A stretch of 64,000 nucleotides of DNA from NCBI GenBank assembly GCA_048013815.1, contig CM106585.1, positions 7,502,001 to 7,566,000 on the forward strand, written 5' to 3'. This DNA comes from Setoptus koraiensis (taxonomy: Eukaryota > Animalia > Arthropoda). This document shows positions 59,268-64,000 of this stretch, piece by piece (the first letter of the stretch is position 1; every line of letters starts with the position of its first letter). Under the pieces are notes generated by a model. That model had not been told where the DNA came from, did not search any database, and saw nothing but the letters and a program-made list of their open reading frames with translations. Both the position numbers and the translations under genes were made by a program.

Positions 59268-61748
59268 GTGCTAAAAGCATTGCTTGGACAAGCTAACATC
59301 TGCTGTCTCAACAAGTGTCGTTTCTAACTTTTATTCCAATCTCTGTGATAATCTTAAACAAATGCAAATCAATCAATGAAGATTCTTGATCATGAACAGG
59401 ATGGCCAGATCGATTGAGCTGTTTCTATCTCTAGTTATGGGGTAATGAAAGATACTGAGAAGGATTTTGAGCTTGGACAGTGGGGTCTTTTGCAGAGAGG
59501 CATATCATACTCAAATGCGCGTTAGGTTGGCTATTTAAGGATGGTGAGATAGTCATTGACGCCCACTCAATCCGGGCTTGCGTGAGGAAAAGAACTGATT
59601 CTTGAAGAAAATTCTCACTCTGGAGAAAAAAAATGCAGAGAAGAGATAATACTCTATTCTTGATTGGAATACTGTAAAAAGGGCTTTATTATTTATTATG
59701 GCCTAGGGAGATTCACAATTCAAAATGGAAAAACATAAAGCCAAATTCTACCATAATAGATTGGTGTAAGATGGGAAAAAATCGTAAATCTTTCTTCCAT
59801 AATTCAACCTGTCTCAGGTATTTGTCTATATTAGGTATTATCACTGAGCTTGATTCAGAACCATCTAAACAACTGGATTGAAACATGCTAAGAGCAATGA
59901 GATTGGATTGGATGCTAACACAACTTCTTTAGTTTTTTGGGTGCGTGGGCGAACATCCAATTGACGCAGGCTTAGGCGATGTAAAATAACGTTAAGAGTA
60001 GATCTGAAGTAGTAAGTCTGAAACTGTAGCTTTGAGCTTGGTTCGAACTATCGGATGATGGAAGTTTGATGAGCCTTAGAAATGTGTTTCACTTGTTATA
60101 TCATAAATGATGAAATAGTTCGAATGAAAGTGATGTGATGTTACAAAGATTCCTGTTGAACAAACTAACCTATTTTTGTGATTGTTGTTCATATGTCACA
60201 CCATGTATAATCCAGGGTTAAAATACAAGTTCTTGTCGAAACCTATCCAAGTAATTTNNNNNNNNNNNNNNNNNNNNNNNNNNNNNNNNNNNNNNNNNNN
60301 NNNNNNNNNNNNNNNNNNNNNNNNNNNNNNNNNNNNNNNNNNNNNNNNNNNNNNNNNNNNNNNNNNNNNNNNNNNNNNNNNNNNNNNNNNNNNNNNNNNN
60401 NNNNNNNNNNNNNNNNNNNNNNNNNNNNNNNNNNNNNNNNNNNNNNNNNNNNNNNNNNNNNNNNNNNNNNNNNNNNNNNNNNNNNNNNNNNNNNNNNNNN
60501 NNNNNNNNNNNNNNNNNNNNNNNNNNNNNNNNNNNNNNNNNNNNNNNNNNNNNNNNNNNNNNNNNNNNNNNNNNNNNNNNNNNNNNNNNNNNNNNNNNNN
60601 NNNNNNNNNNNNNNNNNNNNNNNNNNNNNNNNNNNNNNNNNNNNNNNNNNNNNNNNNNNNNNNNNNNNNNNNNNNNNNNNNNNNNNNNNNNNNNNNNNNN
60701 NNNNNNNNNNNNNNNNNNNNNNNNNNNNNNNNNNNNNNNNNNNNNNNNNNNNNNNNNGTGCTAAAAGCATTGCTTGGACAAGCTAACATCTGCTGTCTCA
60801 ACAAGTGTCGTTTCTAACTTTTATTCCAATCTCTGTGATAATCTTAAACAAATGCAAATCAATCAATGAAGATTCTTGATCATGAACAGGATGGCCAGAT
60901 CGATTGAGCTGTTTCTATCTCTAGTTATGGGGTAATGAAAGATACTGAGAAGGATTTTGAGCTTGGACAGTGGGGTCTTTTGCAGAGAGGCATATCATAC
61001 TCAAATGCGCGTTAGGTTGGCTATTTAAGGATGGTGAGATAGTCATTGACGCCCACTCAATCCGGGCTTGCGTGAGGAAAAAGAACTGATTCTTGAAGAA
61101 AATTCTCACTCTGGAGAAAAAAAATGCAGAGAAGAGATAATACTCTATTCTTGATTGGAATACTGTAAAAAGGGCTTTATTATTTATTATGGCCTAGGGA
61201 GATTCACAATTCAAAATGGAAAAACATAAAGCCAAATTCTACCATAATAGATTGGTGTAAGATGGGAAAAAATCGTAAATCTTTCTTCCATAATTCAACC
61301 TGTCTCAGGTATTTGTCTATATTAGGTATTATCACTGAGCTTGATTCAGAACCATCTAAACAACTGGATTGAAACATGCTAAGAGCAATGAGATTGGATT
61401 GGATGCTAACACAACTTCTTTAGTTTTTTGGGTGCGTGGGCGAACATCCAATTGACGCAGGCTTAGGCGATGTAAAATAACGTTAAGAGTAGATCTGAAG
61501 TAGTAAGTCTGAAACTGTAGCTTTGAGCTTGGTTCGAACTATCGGATGATGGAAGTTTGATGAGCCTTACAAATGTGTTTCACTTGTTATATCATAAATG
61601 ATGAAATAGTTCGAATGAAAGTGATGTGATGTTACAAAGATTTCTGTTGAACAAACTAACCTATTTTTGTGATTGTTGTTCATATGTCACACCATGTATA
61701 ATCCAGGGTTAAAATACAAGTTCTTGTCGAAACCTATCCAAGTAATTT
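59268..61748. other. Scaffold gap (500 N, 60258..60757) flanked by a ~990-bp direct duplicate (59268..60257 and 60758..61748); probable assembly artefact
   Basis: Copies differ by about 2 substitutions and one 1-bp homopolymer indel; the duplicate starts and ends exactly at the gap edges; round gap size. Confidence 0.85.
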
Positions 61749-63106
61749 CTATAACTTGCTTGTGGCCCTCCGCTGAAATTCTTTGCCGAACATCTTGACT
61801 CACCTGTTTAAATGAAAGGATGTTAACTATATTTGTATATGATCTGATTGTAATCTATTTCATGCATCTTCAATAATTGCTACTTACCATATTGATAATT
61901 TCCATTAAATGGTTTTTACAAGAATAGTTTCTAAGATGCATGGAAAGATACATACATAACCACGAGCCTGCATCTTCATTTCTGACGGACACAAAACCTA
62001 TGAGATAAGAGTTATAAGGATAAGTAAGTTTCCTCGCAATTATCAGCATCAGTCGATATGAGTTGAATACATACCAGGATTACAGGAGAAACACAGTAAC
62101 ATGTCTGTTCTAGTTGGTTGGAATTTCTCGTCAAGTTCTGATAATCTGCTGATCTTAGGTGAAGTGGGCATCGATGGCAAGAGTTGAGAGTACTGAGATT
62201 GTGGGGGTGACTCTGGTTGGGAATGGAACAAGCTAATGTCATGTTTTTTAACCCCGTAATCCGCCAGTCCTAAATGCGGAGAAAAATACAAAGAGAAATA
62301 GTTTCATAAGTGGCCCATCATGAATAAGTTGCTGAAGAGAGGAATGGCCTCTGTTGATTAGTAGGCCCAGCAATCATGTTCATACAACACTTACTTCCAC
62401 GACACGCTTGAACGATGAAAACTTTTGGTTTTCCAATCATTTGCTTGCACCTTTTGTTATCAAACATACTAATTATGTCATTGAGATCCATTTCGATTCC
62501 ATCGGTGCCATAAATAGCACTTTCCGTTCCATGGGACAGTAGTATGACAATGAGGGCGTCGTATTTTAGTTTGCATGAAGCGGAAGCTTGCATCAGAAAA
62601 CTCTTCATTTTATGTGAGGTAAGATCACGCATACATTGCACCTGAAATCCTAATTGATTGAACACATCGCTCAGCTGAGTGGCATCAATGTCTGATCCGC
62701 GCCTTTTCGGGAACATGTCACCCTCAAAGTTGACATTGTTGATAATTAAACAAGGTCCTCTAGGTTTTGAGGTCATTTTGTAGTCTAGTAAGGGATTTCT
62801 ATGCCAGATTTTGTTTAGTTTTACCTCAATTGGGTCATAGTTGCTTCGCTTTGACGGGTTCAGTAGTATGTCGCTATGTGTTCTTCGAATAGATCTAGGC
62901 TCAGTTAGAGGCGCGTTTTTGGTTGAAGTTGATGGGTTGCTTGACTGACTTTGGGTATTTTCTCCATCGTCGTCGAATGACAAAACCTTGAAAGGTTTCT
63001 TGTTTTTTATTGGAGATGGTGAGCAACGATCCGATATGCTAGTATGGGGTCTTTTGGCTGTGCGATCTATAACAGCGATCGACTTGGATCTCGACATATG
63101 CATCAT
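61687..63106 (-). CDS. Caspase, exons 62395..63106, 62075..62269, 61888..61997, 61687..61803 (about 377 aa)
   Basis: PRGPCLIINNVNF, RRGSDID, catalytic LSHG and QACRG; p10 PTRTDMLLCFSCNPGFVSVRNEDAGSW; C-terminal KQVIEI...KNLYFNP; all introns GT..AG with compatible phases. Confidence 0.95.
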
Positions 63107-64000
63107 TATTGTCTTGTTACGCTATTATGCGTTGTTTGGGAGATATTTAAAGTATTAATGTGGTCAAATCTAATTGTATTGTAAGCTGTTCGGCCAATGA
63201 TGAAGCTATAGATGGGTGTGGGCGAGACGTGTAGTGTTGAAAGAGCGGTTGTTGATATCAAGTGATATATTTTTTTGAGTGATTTCGAGACTTTTGAGAA
63301 TTGTAGTTTCAAAGGTGAAAGCTTGGTTTTGATACTGCTATGAAGTTGCGCGTTTCTGAAAGCTAAATAAGGCTCATTAACAATTATAAGTGGCGTTTTT
63401 CACTATTCTATGGCAACTAAAGTAATAATAATAATAACTATTTTGTGTCCCAACTGATCATTTATGCAAATTTAACAAGTGTGCCAAGCCGGTGAGTGCG
63501 CCTGTTCTGCTCCGTTCCACTATTGTAGCGATCGGCGTATGGTGAATGATAATAATAAATATCGATATTATCAAGTCCAACGCTGGCTCCAAAATAGATA
63601 TTTGGATAGAGATCCTATAATGTGTTGACGGTCATGACGAAATCAGTTGTTGATTGTCCATTATAAACAATAGACTACTAAATGGGTCACATATAAATAC
63701 GTGTCAAAGTAAAACTGGGCATTTGTTGTTGTGAGAATGTCTCTCACAAAAGTTGGCGAATTCAATGAAGTGATATATCAAATAATCAATTGGTGTTCTG
63801 TGAGTATCAACAAGTGGACATTACATTACATGGGTGGGTAATACAATGATGAAGACTAATATAACTTCATAATGGGTTGAGTGTGCGAGTGTTGGCAGTG
63901 CATTTAAATATATGCAAATACAATTATAAACAACAACAACAAAAGTGAAGTGATAATAATAATCAATACTACAGTGGTGCTACAGTCAACCGTTCACAGT

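Noticed and set aside
59268-61748. Apparent ~990-bp tandem duplication that includes the caspase 3' end
   Set aside because: The copies abut a round 500-N gap and differ at only about 3 sites; typical of overlapping contig ends or haplotypes rather than a real duplication.
1-64000. tRNA, rRNA, snRNA, CRISPR arrays and intact retro- or DNA transposons
   Set aside because: None recognised by eye; a tRNAscan/Infernal/RepeatMasker run would be needed to exclude them formally.

Overview
Eukaryotic, gene-dense, intron-poor arthropod DNA, most consistent with a streamlined mite genome (inferred from a bruchpilot orthologue and many single-exon housekeeping genes). Recognisable genes: brp/ERC (7 exons reconstructed), LARGE, PPOX, RacGAP1, SerRS, Mlx, pyruvate kinase, an SDR, ERGIC1, a reduced angiomotin-like gene, a miniaturised single-exon laminin alpha and a caspase, plus several orphan ORFs. 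The standout feature is a 4.67-kb palindrome at 10418-15086 (two ~2.3-kb arms, 90-bp spacer). It carries two head-to-head intact ORFs (491 and 496 aa) with the motif series of plant-rhabdovirus nucleocapsid (N) proteins, i.e. a probable endogenous viral element pair. The copies are nearly identical near the centre and in the 3' flanks, show silent-only changes in a conserved block, and are highly divergent in defined internal blocks. That pattern suggests domesticated, diversifying viral N genes that could also yield hairpin dsRNA. The ~990-bp direct repeat around the 500-N gap is most likely an assembly artefact. All family assignments come from motif recognition by eye; no database searches were run.
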